Shown piece by piece: positions 48,441 through 58,933 of a stretch of DNA of 64,000 nucleotides (position 1 is its first letter; each line of letters starts with the position of its first letter). The stretch is taken from positions 32,001-96,000 of IMG/VR virus record IMGVR_UViG_3300037067_018912. One strand, written 5' to 3'. The translations under genes were made by a program, and so were the position numbers. The DNA comes from a virus. Lineage: Duplodnaviria; Caudoviricetes. The notes beneath the pieces were generated by a model. The model did not search any database, was not told where the DNA came from, and saw only the letters and a program-made list of their open reading frames with translations.

Positions 48441-49688
48441 TTATTCTATTGAAGGAACTGTCCCTCCACCTGTTGTTGGAGCAGCACCGCTTACATATGA
48501 AGTTTCATTCGTCCTTTTCGTTGTTGATGTGGTGCGTGTCACATCTTCACTTCCACTCACTGCATGGATACAAACACATCCTTTTGTTGCAAAATAATGA
48601 GTCAAATCAGAACCAACTGTGACATATGATTTACTCCAAAATACATAATTGGAAAGAGCGGATTTTGTTATGTTGTTCAACACCAACGAACCATTCTGTG
48701 AAACGATATGTGTCCCACTGGAAGAAAGTGCAGTTGCTTTAGTGGTTTTTGTTGCCCCTTGATAATAATATGCACAAGAATAAACCGCCCTGAGTGTATT
48801 TTGGGTGTCCGTATTCGCAATAAAATTAATCGTCACATCAAAAGTTTCCGCATCCGATAAATAACCATCAAGAGCCAAACATGAACTGCGAGTCCATTCT
48901 ATTCCACCACTATCTCCGTCCAACGGGTCCATCGTATTCGTCAAGGTTTTAAAACAAAGTATTGCAGGTCCAAGAGTTGGAGGTGCTGCCGTTGTTGTTG
49001 GTGCAACATAATTAAGATTCGATTCCTTGCAATATGTGCTCTGAACAGGTGCACAAGATAATGTAAACGTCCCCGTATTAGCCGTAAGTCCTGCGACTTT
49101 TATTCTCGCATATCCGCTTCCTTCGAGTGCGCTTGTCTGCAATGATGTGCTCAGACTCCATGTTATTGCATCTCCATAATTAACTGTTTTTGTAATGTAT
49201 GTAATGGGATTGCAAGAATTGTTAGCATTGAGATACTGCCCAAAACTTACGTTTGTGCCACCACATGTCGCACAATTAAATGAGACACTATTGTTTGTGT
49301 TATTCGTATTGCACGTGACAAGGCATAATTTAACATCATAACTTTCACCAGGTTGCAGATTTGGACTTGTGCAAAGGCACGTGTTTCTGTATGCACAAGA
49401 TTTTACACTTGGCATATATCCCTCACCAACCAACATAATAGTCTTTGGAGTGGCCAAATCCGGTATGTAATGTGCCGGAGTTGAACGTGTACAACCGCTA
49501 ACATTTCCAATTTGGTCTGTCACTTTCACACAATATGAAGTGTTCGGTAACAACGAACTGATCGTCACACAAGTACCAGAATAGTCGATTCCTTTTTGGT
49601 AATCGTATGAACAAGCACCAACCGCTTTGCAGACCTGAATGAGAAACGGTGGTTTATCTCCACATATCTTGAATTTAATTTCCGCCAT
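48441..49688 (-). CDS. Cys-rich virion protein with repeated beta-rich modules
   Basis: About 21 Cys in 415 aa (hand count); PTTTAAPPT linker. Confidence 0.7.
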   Translation of the reverse strand: MAEIKFKICGDKPPFLIQVCKAVGACSYDYQKGIDYSGTCVTISSLLPNTSYCVKVTDQIGNVSGCTRSTPAHYIPDLATPKTIMLVGEGYMPSVKSCAYRNTCLCTSPNLQPGESYDVKLCLVTCNTNNTNNSVSFNCATCGGTNVSFGQYLNANNSCNPITYITKTVNYGDAITWSLSTSLQTSALEGSGYARIKVAGLTANTGTFTLSCAPVQSTYCKESNLNYVAPTTTAAPPTLGPAILCFKTLTNTMDPLDGDSGGIEWTRSSCLALDGYLSDAETFDVTINFIANTDTQNTLRAVYSCAYYYQGATKTTKATALSSSGTHIVSQNGSLVLNNITKSALSNYVFWSKSYVTVGSDLTHYFATKGCVCIHAVSGSEDVTRTTSTTKRTNETSYVSGAAPTTGGGTVPSIE

Positions 49689-49690
49689 AA

Positions 49691-51916
49691 TTAACTGATT
49701 GTTACCGTATTACTATAATTTCTTTGTTCTATTATTATATTGTCTTTCCTCACCCTCATCGAAATTTTATACACTCCATCCTCGGTGACAGGTATGTATG
49801 TCGTGGACATTCCATTAGCACTCACCCAATTCAATGGAACTGAATTGGATTTGTATACACTGATTTCAACGGCAGCGTAACCAGTTAAGAGTGCATACAT
49901 TGGCATGGTCATGTAGTTGCTTACCGAGATATATGTGCCCATGTAACCCGATGTGTATGATGTGGTGATTGTCGTATTCAACAATGGCGTCGGTATTGCT
50001 ATATAATCCTTCTGTACATAGAGATATGGTGTGGATGTACCTTTATCACGAATATAAATCGTATACTTAGCCTTCGGCGTCGATGGCAGAGTGATAATAT
50101 TCGATGTCTGCCATGCAGGATCACTTAACAGCGGATATGTTCCGACCGGATACGTCCCATAAGGTTTGGCAATGAAATATGGTGTTAATCCATATGGATC
50201 ACCATAACCGCTTATTGTTATTCTATATTGATTACCACTTGTCGGAGCAATCGTGAAATTAGAATTCATTATGTTACTTGTACCTGTCACGTCGTATAAA
50301 CTTAATATGCTTGTCGGATCGGAAAGTGTCACAATTGTTGTCGGACAACCGAGTGCCCCTAAGTCATAAACTGTCACATAATACGTGCCTTCAGTCAAGC
50401 CAGTGATTTTAATACTAATATTTGGGTTGGCTATTGGTTCGAAATAAATCATACCTGTTGCACCAGTAACACTGAGTATGAGTTGACTTCCCGGAATATT
50501 ACCGTCGATGTCATAAATCATCAACCAACCGTTCGAACCACCAATCACTGTTGGACTGACTGTCTGTACATTAAATGTAATTGTACATGGAGCACAACCG
50601 ACAATGACACTATCATTAACGCCAACAGTATAATCCGGGAGAGTCCACGACCTATTGGACTTGTATGACATGGCAAACAATAACTCTTGGTCTTCAATAA
50701 CGAAAATCTTCAAATTATTGAACACTTTTCCCACTATATTACCATCCTCATCGGCCAAATCATAATAAGAGGTGGTTAGACCGGACAAGGATTTGACTGA
50801 TCCTGTAGCACTCAATTTCAACCCCAATGTGGCTTCCGATTTTTTATGCCACATTATTGTCGGAAGATAGATTTGTGGTAATTTAGCGGGGTCGTTCATT
50901 CCGAATTCCTCTGCATATGTATTTGAAGGAGAGGAATTGGTGTAATGAATCACCCCCAATTTTTTATAAACAGGTGATTGTCCTTGAATATATGAAACAA
51001 AACCACCGTATATCCGTGAATCGAAATTCACATATTTTGTGTCACCTGATTGAACTCCGGCAATTTCATCCGTAAAAATTATTGATAGATTCCAAAACGG
51101 AAATGTCACCGTAGGGCATTGACAATTCTCCAAGAACGCCAAGACGCTTTCGTTGACGAAATCGGTCGAATATTGATTGAACGCTGTGTTTCCAGAGAAA
51201 TTAACATAATTGTAGAATACGAGAGCACCTGCTGTAATACCTGTTGCACCACTCGTCATTCCACTGAAATTCGGTAATTCCCGATCAACAATAGCGGTTA
51301 AATTATTTGTTGAAAGTTTTCCGGAAACATCAACAATTTTATACATCAAGAATGGCTTTGGATCGTATTGTGAAGTCCATATTCCGCTTGTATCACCACC
51401 ATAAGTGGTAGTCCATTTAATCAACAAATAATCCCCCGGTTCGGGTTCATTGACATTTGCAAGGTATTGTGGGGATTTACGTAATGCGAGAGTTGTTCCA
51501 CCAGTAACATTTGAAATCAACACCATTACATCCGGTTGTTTGATATGGTCAGTATCTGTTATGAAAGAAAAACTATTGCCACTTATGTTGAAAAAACCAA
51601 GAGTTTGAACTGTGTTTACAACGGGTGTTACCGTTACAGGAATGCTTGAGATTTCATTATACTCGCTATCTGTCGTACTTTTCTTGATGAAGGATAAAAG
51701 ACTCGGATTCTTGTCCGCAGGTCTCAGTATTTGTGAATAAAACGGCGTGTATTCATCATCCACGGCTTCCACTTCGGAATTGAATTGATAATCCATTTCG
51801 CTATCACCAATGGCGAAGTATTTGAAATCCAACAATCCTCTGGACAGTTGCTCCCTGCCTTTCGAAGTCAGTTTGATATTTAAAACTACTGGGTCTTTTT
51901 TATCGATGAAAGCCAT
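49691..51916 (-). CDS. Baseplate/tail structural protein with C-terminal SprB-like domains
   Basis: KLTSKGR.QL..G...F.YFAIGDSE.DY N-terminus; TGLTEGTYYVTVYD..GC. Confidence 0.75.
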   Translation of the reverse strand: MAFIDKKDPVVLNIKLTSKGREQLSRGLLDFKYFAIGDSEMDYQFNSEVEAVDDEYTPFYSQILRPADKNPSLLSFIKKSTTDSEYNEISSIPVTVTPVVNTVQTLGFFNISGNSFSFITDTDHIKQPDVMVLISNVTGGTTLALRKSPQYLANVNEPEPGDYLLIKWTTTYGGDTSGIWTSQYDPKPFLMYKIVDVSGKLSTNNLTAIVDRELPNFSGMTSGATGITAGALVFYNYVNFSGNTAFNQYSTDFVNESVLAFLENCQCPTVTFPFWNLSIIFTDEIAGVQSGDTKYVNFDSRIYGGFVSYIQGQSPVYKKLGVIHYTNSSPSNTYAEEFGMNDPAKLPQIYLPTIMWHKKSEATLGLKLSATGSVKSLSGLTTSYYDLADEDGNIVGKVFNNLKIFVIEDQELLFAMSYKSNRSWTLPDYTVGVNDSVIVGCAPCTITFNVQTVSPTVIGGSNGWLMIYDIDGNIPGSQLILSVTGATGMIYFEPIANPNISIKITGLTEGTYYVTVYDLGALGCPTTIVTLSDPTSILSLYDVTGTSNIMNSNFTIAPTSGNQYRITISGYGDPYGLTPYFIAKPYGTYPVGTYPLLSDPAWQTSNIITLPSTPKAKYTIYIRDKGTSTPYLYVQKDYIAIPTPLLNTTITTSYTSGYMGTYISVSNYMTMPMYALLTGYAAVEISVYKSNSVPLNWVSANGMSTTYIPVTEDGVYKISMRVRKDNIIIEQRNYSNTVTIS

Positions 51917-51954
51917 TTTATTTACATTTTAACATAAATACAATTAATTTTACT

Positions 51955-54261
51955 TTATGGTCTGCATACATATTTTTTATAACACGTTCCAGGTATCACC
52001 GGGGTAATATCAGGACTTGCTGACAAACTTTGAATACAAAGATCAGCGCACGTACCATTGCTCATGGTATTTAAAACACCAATATAATAGCACAAACAAT
52101 CGTTGGTACACATTCTAATTGTACCGCTATAACTACTTGGATGTGGTCCACCGCTTGCACTTGTTAATGTATGTGTGCATTTCAATGTGAACGTACCGCA
52201 CACACCACCCTTACAATAGATTTTAACGAATGCAGTTCCGGCATTGATAAGAAGTAACGATCCTCCATAAGAAACATCAATACTCTGATATGTCGTCGTC
52301 ATTGCCGGAAGAACGCAGAAGCAACCTGTGTCATATTTGTAACCATCAAGATCAACACCTCCATAGATTCCATGCAGACATACCGTCCTTGAAACAGGTG
52401 TGGTACTTAAACAACGACAATTCGAGCATTTTGTGATGGTAGGATTTATCGACGGATCGACACCAATACTACCAATGATGGTGGTCAAACATACGTGACT
52501 GCACGAACCATTATTACCATAAGCACTGTTAGCAAACTGTATTGTATCACCGTAATTAATAATCATTGACCCGGTAAATGCATCATTATTTGTTTCCCCG
52601 ATAGCCGATGAAGTGGTGTGGGTTGCTTTATTGACAAATGACGACCCACCATTCGGCTTACAGGTAAACTGCAACGTACTTGTTCCACCCCAAACCGAGG
52701 CTTGTGTTAGATTATAATTTATTGTGACGTATTGTCCTGTTGCCAACGCAGGAGTGATTGTGAGCGTACCACTTCCGCCGTTTGTACCACCCGCAGTTTC
52801 ACAAAGTGCTGCAACCGTAGCCACTTTCGGCACGGTGACCGCTCTGCAAACACAATTTTCAGCCGCCACCGGACTGACTGATGGAACAAGACCAATAGAA
52901 CCTCCCACAGTTCCTAATGAGAGTTCAGCACAAGAACAATAACCCGCACCGGGTGCACTTAATGCAATACAATATTTCACCGAATCACCATACCTCATGG
53001 TGATAGTTTTTGTTGTGGGTGAAGAAGAATTGAAAACATCAACCACAACATGATCAGCAACACAGCAAGCACCACTTCTACAAAGTATCGTAGTTGTCGA
53101 TGTACCACCACCGGACGCCGGATTTACTCCAAACAAATTAATATCCAAACATTCTCCTGAAGGTAATGGTTGACTCAACATGATTGAACCACACGTTACA
53201 CACTGCGTTGGTGACGATACAACAGATGTTGGAGTTCCAAGACAAATTGTGACATCTTGCGTTGGATTATATGCATTAAGCGTTACAAAACAATTCGTGA
53301 TATCTATTGTCGGTTGGAACGTCCTATGACCGTCAGCATCCGTTAAACAGAAACTGGAAATTGCTTCAGAACCCAAGTTTCCATATATCGTCCGAAGTTC
53401 ATAACACATGACATCCCCCTGTCCAAATGAAAGATTAACCAATTTTTCTTCATTTGGGTTGACGATTGAACAATATGTTTGAGTAGTTGAATTGCATCTG
53501 AAAATAACGCACGATACTGCTGCTGTTCCAACTGTTGTAGCATTTGCAAGAAGATTGACTGTCACACACTCCCCAACAATAAGGTTCGGAGTTACACACA
53601 CTTTACCAGTCTTATACGACACACCTCCACAAGTCACCACGCCCGCATACTGTCCGGTCAACACCAATTTAACACTTTTTGGTGCTAAAGTCGGTGTAGT
53701 ACTTGCAAGTAACAGGTACATATCGATTATTTTCGATTTTTTGAACAATTCAGCACCATTATAAAAATCACGAATTTGAAAACTATATGTCTTACTGTAA
53801 TCCAAACCCAAGAATGTGGCATTACTTTGCCATCCAGAATCATATGTTGTTCCAGACACCCTGTATTGTAATTCACCATTGGCTTGGCCTGCATTTACAA
53901 TCCTTGCACCATTGTCAAGGAATTTATATGCGAAGAAATCATCATTCAACATATCGTGTTCGAACGGATATCCAGGATTATAATAACTTGCTTCGTTAAA
54001 TAGGTTCTCTTTAGTTATTTCACTCTCAATCTGTTGAGTATCAAGGAAATCAATTACCCTCCTGTCAAAATCGATCTTCGATATTGCTTTCAAATCAGAG
54101 CATGTCAAAGCCACATAACTTTGAGATGTCACCGGATTGGTGTCACATGTAATCGTGAACGGGTTCATCAGGTTGCGGCATACGATTGCACTATAATTGG
54201 TGCTGATCCCGCTGCTGATCACCTCACTTAATTTAAGTATGTATTTCCTTGCATTATCCAT
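51955..54261 (-). CDS. Cys-rich virion protein with four ~135-aa tandem modules
   Basis: About 44 Cys in 768 aa (hand count); recurring P.L..G and YGD motifs. Confidence 0.75.
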   Translation of the reverse strand: MDNARKYILKLSEVISSGISTNYSAIVCRNLMNPFTITCDTNPVTSQSYVALTCSDLKAISKIDFDRRVIDFLDTQQIESEITKENLFNEASYYNPGYPFEHDMLNDDFFAYKFLDNGARIVNAGQANGELQYRVSGTTYDSGWQSNATFLGLDYSKTYSFQIRDFYNGAELFKKSKIIDMYLLLASTTPTLAPKSVKLVLTGQYAGVVTCGGVSYKTGKVCVTPNLIVGECVTVNLLANATTVGTAAVSCVIFRCNSTTQTYCSIVNPNEEKLVNLSFGQGDVMCYELRTIYGNLGSEAISSFCLTDADGHRTFQPTIDITNCFVTLNAYNPTQDVTICLGTPTSVVSSPTQCVTCGSIMLSQPLPSGECLDINLFGVNPASGGGTSTTTILCRSGACCVADHVVVDVFNSSSPTTKTITMRYGDSVKYCIALSAPGAGYCSCAELSLGTVGGSIGLVPSVSPVAAENCVCRAVTVPKVATVAALCETAGGTNGGSGTLTITPALATGQYVTINYNLTQASVWGGTSTLQFTCKPNGGSSFVNKATHTTSSAIGETNNDAFTGSMIINYGDTIQFANSAYGNNGSCSHVCLTTIIGSIGVDPSINPTITKCSNCRCLSTTPVSRTVCLHGIYGGVDLDGYKYDTGCFCVLPAMTTTYQSIDVSYGGSLLLINAGTAFVKIYCKGGVCGTFTLKCTHTLTSASGGPHPSSYSGTIRMCTNDCLCYYIGVLNTMSNGTCADLCIQSLSASPDITPVIPGTCYKKYVCRP

Positions 54262-54263
54262 GA

Positions 54264-55178
54264 TTAAAACAATATATTGGCAAATGTCTTCTCAGTTTCT
54301 TTAATTTCTTTCACATAATTGAACCCACAATACTTGTTACTGCATTCAATCTCTTTATTGAACGGCGATTTTTGATAATTGGTCTTCAAAAAATAAATAC
54401 CGTTATTCAACACCGCACCCGCATTATGAAAAAGATGCGTTTCTTCCCATCTTTTCATAGGATCAGTCGCCCAAGAAAAATTCAATCTTTTAGTTATTTT
54501 TGTTTTATGCCCGGCACGCCATGCATTCCATAACAACGCCCACATGTCCGCAGTCCAAGCCTGTATCGGGTTCTCCGAGTTGTATTTATACGATGTGGCA
54601 ATCATATGACTGAACAAGTTTTCGCTATCGTTTTCAACCTTTTTCCAAAAATCTGCATCAACGTTTTTCATCAAATATTGCGCACCCCCGGCATTTTCAT
54701 CATTCATCTCGACCACTTTCGGGTCTATACCGACAATCTCACACATTTCCATGAACAATCCCTCACCCTTGCTCTTAATATATTTGCTGTCAATATATGA
54801 ACGAGTATCGCTCAAATACCAAACATCGTCTTTTTCAAGATCGCTCGTTTTTAGTTTCTTTGTGAATATCACGTCAGGGTCAATGTAAAATATTGGTTCA
54901 TTCTCCAATTCGGGATGCTTCTCGAAGAACTTGGAAATAATATGCGGCCTCATCGATGATGAATATTGCGGACTTGTCCTTGTATCATTCAACACATGAA
55001 ATTGAGCATTCACATTGCCACTTAAAATTCTCATAAGAGTTGCACTCGGCTCGCAAGTTCGCTTGCCAATGAGATAAATAACATCCTTTTCCAAACCAAA
55101 TTTTTTGAAATTATTGATTTGGACAAGCATCTGCCACAAAAAATAACTGTTATCCGGTAACGCAACCAATATTTTCAT
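54264..55178 (-). CDS. GT-A fold glycosyltransferase resembling plant peptidyl-Ser/Hyp O-glycosyltransferases
   Basis: YFLWQ, Y...RPH, YIDPDVIF (DxD), GGAQY, WTADMWA. Confidence 0.65.
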   Translation of the reverse strand: MKILVALPDNSYFLWQMLVQINNFKKFGLEKDVIYLIGKRTCEPSATLMRILSGNVNAQFHVLNDTRTSPQYSSSMRPHIISKFFEKHPELENEPIFYIDPDVIFTKKLKTSDLEKDDVWYLSDTRSYIDSKYIKSKGEGLFMEMCEIVGIDPKVVEMNDENAGGAQYLMKNVDADFWKKVENDSENLFSHMIATSYKYNSENPIQAWTADMWALLWNAWRAGHKTKITKRLNFSWATDPMKRWEETHLFHNAGAVLNNGIYFLKTNYQKSPFNKEIECSNKYCGFNYVKEIKETEKTFANILF

Positions 55179-55180
55179 AA

Positions 55181-58100
55181 CTATAACGTTTTATATGCTT
55201 CCATAATAATCGAACTGCCTGGCACGAACGAAAAATCACCCATGCTTGGCGTAACATCCACCACTTCTACCGTAAATACTGTCTTTGACAAAGCGTCTGA
55301 AGTTATTGCTGTGGCTTGATTCTCAAATACGATATATAACGAATCTGAGTTCACCAATGAGACAGTTTGAGTGATGCCTGTATATGCACCCGGCGTATCA
55401 CGACTGATCGTCGGACCGACTTGGCCATCATTTAATGTAACTTCCGCCATCGCCCTATAAGTGTTAGAAGAAGAACCTGTTAGGAACATGTCAAACCTCA
55501 ATCTCAACGTAACCTCATATCCCGGCGGTATCAACGGCTCAAAAAGTATGTCTCTGGTTTCATACTTGGCAATCCCCGTACCTCCACCAATCGATATTTG
55601 AGTAAAACTCGACTGATAAAGAGTTATCAATGAATTATATGGTGCTTGTGTCGTCGTCGTGGTTGTAATGGGGTATGAAACAATAATATTATCGATGATA
55701 AGATTAACACACAAATCATCAATCCTGACATTATCATCAGTCCATTCAACATCCACCGATTTGGGTCTTTTCAGAAATGTGCTCCCATCGTCACCGAAGT
55801 AAAACAATGCGGAGTCCTGATTAACACCACGTTTGTATGTGAATTTCTGCTTAGTGAATATACTATTCCTTATCAAAAGTCCCGACTTTCTCAGGATTAT
55901 GGTTGCCGACAACATTTGATCAACAAACCTGTTGAAAAAAGTGTTGTATTTACTCAAAAATGAATATAAATTGGCAAATGTGTAACCATTTGATTGCAAA
56001 GGATTACTATCTGCAAGTCTTGCCCTATTGAGATAATCAATATAAACCCTTAAAAGCGTTGGATACCACCCACCTTTGGAATCTGTAACAGTCTTCCTGT
56101 TTGTGGCGTTTATCATCCTTTGCTCCATCAATATCAAGAATTCAAGGAACGACATTTGACTTATGTCACCAAGACCGAAATTCTCACCGATCACCGGAGC
56201 AAAAAATTCATTACCCCCAACAAGATAGTAAACACTTATGACACTGCCATATTTCAAACCTTTCGGTAGGTATATCTCATACGGATTATTGGTATTCAAT
56301 GAATAATCTGTACCCGGTTCGAGTGCAATACCGTCGATCAGGACCTTAGCCTCGCTTGCGGCATTTAACTTGTAATTGAGTTTATAAACGTATTTATTGG
56401 CGGCATTGTTGAAATACAATTTCCCTGTACTGAAACTGTCGATCCTGAAAACTTCATTTCTTGCACTGACACCCGCATTCCCCGTAACATTTATATAAAC
56501 AACTTGAACCATCGGATTGACAGCCAAATATCCAATAACATCAGTATTTTGAATAACGATTTTGGTTGGATCATACGGGTCGATGATGTAATCTGCATTG
56601 AACTGCCCATTTCCTTTTGTTAATGCAATCCCGTTGATCGTTAATTGAATATCCCCGCTTGCTGGTGACGGAAGTTCCACAACCGTACCTGAAAGTTTCG
56701 CACTGACCCTTGTGACCATATATTGGACACTAATTCCTGTTATGGGTGTTGATGTTGTGCCTGAGTATATGTATGTTGCTTGAATGACATCTCTACGATT
56801 ACTCAAATTGATCGCCGGATTTGTTATCGTGAACGTATTCCCGGAAACAATATAATCGCTTTGTCCAACCATATCGGTTGGTATGCCCGTGGTAGTCCCA
56901 GATTTTGGTGCATTCAAAAGAATTCCATTATACCTAACTTCAAAATCTCCTTGCAGGTCATCGACCGACACTGGAAGAGTGAAAGTACTTTGTGATCCAC
57001 TGACACCCAATGAAAGATTAACATAATTGTATGAAAGAGTATATCCGCTTGAATTTGCCGGGAAATCAGTGTATTTTATATATCTGTACACATCATATTC
57101 AATTCCACGTGCCGTATCGAGAGAAATATCAACCTCTTTGGTGTTGATCACCAATTTACTGTCCTCTTGATAATATGTTGGTGTGGTGTCGTGCTCCCTT
57201 GTCGTTGCTCCGGTTTGAATCCAAGATTTTTTGTTGTCAACTGTTTGTTGCAAATCAAATCCTGCCATCCTGAACACATCAAGATATCTTTGACCGCTGT
57301 CTGTATTACCCGAAATTTGAAAGAAAAAATCGTTGGTTTCCAATGGTGCTGCAGGATAACCGTCAGTATCATATGGTAGTGAATTCGTCGGAAAATCCTC
57401 TTGGCTCAATGTCACCATGTTCGGATTTATCTTGCCGTCGACAGTGTAGACATATTCTGTGATATTAATAAACGGTTCAGGGATGCCGATTATCATGAAC
57501 ATCGATTTTATCGCTTCACGTGTACCCTTGGCTTTCCAATAATAATTGGTATTCATTATGATTCTACGCCAAAGTTCGATATCAATTTCCGCCGGAAGTA
57601 AATCTGTGTTTAAATTTCTCTCTTGATCGTCAATAGATAAAAGACTATCCACCAATTCACTTTCATTAAGAAGTGAAAAGTAATCCCAACCAAATGTTCT
57701 CGCCAAATTCCTTATTACTTGGTCGGGGGCATTATTTACCTTATCGTATGTTACTTTATTGATATGAACAAGGGAATCAATGAACTGTCTCATTTGATCG
57801 AATTCCCTGCCGTAAAGTCGTAAGAGTTTGGTCATCTTACCCTGATCGGTGAGATCATAGGTTTTAAGTGATTCCGGAGAGAGAAATCTTGCAATTAAAT
57901 CGGTTTTCACTGCATCATACTTCGCCCCAACCGTCAACATACCCTCAAGGAATGCCCTGTAAGTTGAATTATCAATATCGAGATTATATTTGTCACCTGT
58001 TGACCACGTAAATGACACATCAGTGTATATAACATCCCCATTTTCAAGCAGCAAAGGTTCTTTTATTATAAATTTGAATCCATTTACTCCATCTCTTTGA

Positions 58101-58876
58101 GATATCAGATATTTTTCATAATCATCAAGTTGTGTCCTAAATTCCTCAAAAACATAACTGTTGGGTTTGATGTGGAAATCAAAATATCCAACGGTCGTCC
58201 CGGTGAGTGTTGAAAATGGATTTCCAACGGTTTTCACAGTCAAATATGGTCGTCCTGAAGTGTTTCCCGTATAACCAATAATCTCATGGGTATTATCGTT
58301 TGAGTTTACTGACGTCCAAACGATATAATTACTATATGATGCATTAAGATTTTTAAATTCTTCAATCCCTGTCGCCCCTGTTTGTAGATAGTTGTATATC
58401 AGATTAAACTTGTTGATGATACAACCCACCGGGATTTTGAATGTCGAAATGTTCGACGGCACATCAAAAGAAAAATCAAAAACGGTTGAATTACCATAAA
58501 CCCCCGTGTTTGTGCTTAAAAACAGACTACCGGGATAGTTTAATATTATGTCTTGTATGGACGTTCTTAAAAATTCGTAGGCAGAACCGTATCTGACAAA
58601 AGTTTTCAAATCCGATCTATCGAGATTCAAGACAGCGTTCACCGTATAATCATACAATATCTCAGATTCAACGGTTGAATAACCCAACGTCTCCAACGTA
58701 ACAGGACGAACAAAAGTGCTCAACTCTGTAGAGTAATCAATCGGCACTCTTTGATCAAAATTCGTTGTGACTGAGAAACTTCCAAACGAAAATACCGTTT
58801 GAGAAGCCGTATTGTTAAAATTAACGCCGTTCAGATTCGAATCGAGGTTGTTATTTACGACTTTTACTTTTGCCAC
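55181..58876 (-). CDS. Large baseplate/tail structural protein (GTG start)
   Basis: GREFD, LARTFGW, KAKGTREAI motif; three (N/D)GI.L...DY repeats; poly-Thr linker. Confidence 0.8.
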   Translation of the reverse strand: MAKVKVVNNNLDSNLNGVNFNNTASQTVFSFGSFSVTTNFDQRVPIDYSTELSTFVRPVTLETLGYSTVESEILYDYTVNAVLNLDRSDLKTFVRYGSAYEFLRTSIQDIILNYPGSLFLSTNTGVYGNSTVFDFSFDVPSNISTFKIPVGCIINKFNLIYNYLQTGATGIEEFKNLNASYSNYIVWTSVNSNDNTHEIIGYTGNTSGRPYLTVKTVGNPFSTLTGTTVGYFDFHIKPNSYVFEEFRTQLDDYEKYLISQRDGVNGFKFIIKEPLLLENGDVIYTDVSFTWSTGDKYNLDIDNSTYRAFLEGMLTVGAKYDAVKTDLIARFLSPESLKTYDLTDQGKMTKLLRLYGREFDQMRQFIDSLVHINKVTYDKVNNAPDQVIRNLARTFGWDYFSLLNESELVDSLLSIDDQERNLNTDLLPAEIDIELWRRIIMNTNYYWKAKGTREAIKSMFMIIGIPEPFINITEYVYTVDGKINPNMVTLSQEDFPTNSLPYDTDGYPAAPLETNDFFFQISGNTDSGQRYLDVFRMAGFDLQQTVDNKKSWIQTGATTREHDTTPTYYQEDSKLVINTKEVDISLDTARGIEYDVYRYIKYTDFPANSSGYTLSYNYVNLSLGVSGSQSTFTLPVSVDDLQGDFEVRYNGILLNAPKSGTTTGIPTDMVGQSDYIVSGNTFTITNPAINLSNRRDVIQATYIYSGTTSTPITGISVQYMVTRVSAKLSGTVVELPSPASGDIQLTINGIALTKGNGQFNADYIIDPYDPTKIVIQNTDVIGYLAVNPMVQVVYINVTGNAGVSARNEVFRIDSFSTGKLYFNNAANKYVYKLNYKLNAASEAKVLIDGIALEPGTDYSLNTNNPYEIYLPKGLKYGSVISVYYLVGGNEFFAPVIGENFGLGDISQMSFLEFLILMEQRMINATNRKTVTDSKGGWYPTLLRVYIDYLNRARLADSNPLQSNGYTFANLYSFLSKYNTFFNRFVDQMLSATIILRKSGLLIRNSIFTKQKFTYKRGVNQDSALFYFGDDGSTFLKRPKSVDVEWTDDNVRIDDLCVNLIIDNIIVSYPITTTTTTQAPYNSLITLYQSSFTQISIGGGTGIAKYETRDILFEPLIPPGYEVTLRLRFDMFLTGSSSNTYRAMAEVTLNDGQVGPTISRDTPGAYTGITQTVSLVNSDSLYIVFENQATAITSDALSKTVFTVEVVDVTPSMGDFSFVPGSSIIMEAYKTL

Positions 58877-58933
58877 AATTTTAATGTTTTATATAAATAC
58901 GGTAAAACGAAAAAGATTGTGGCCGCACCGTAA

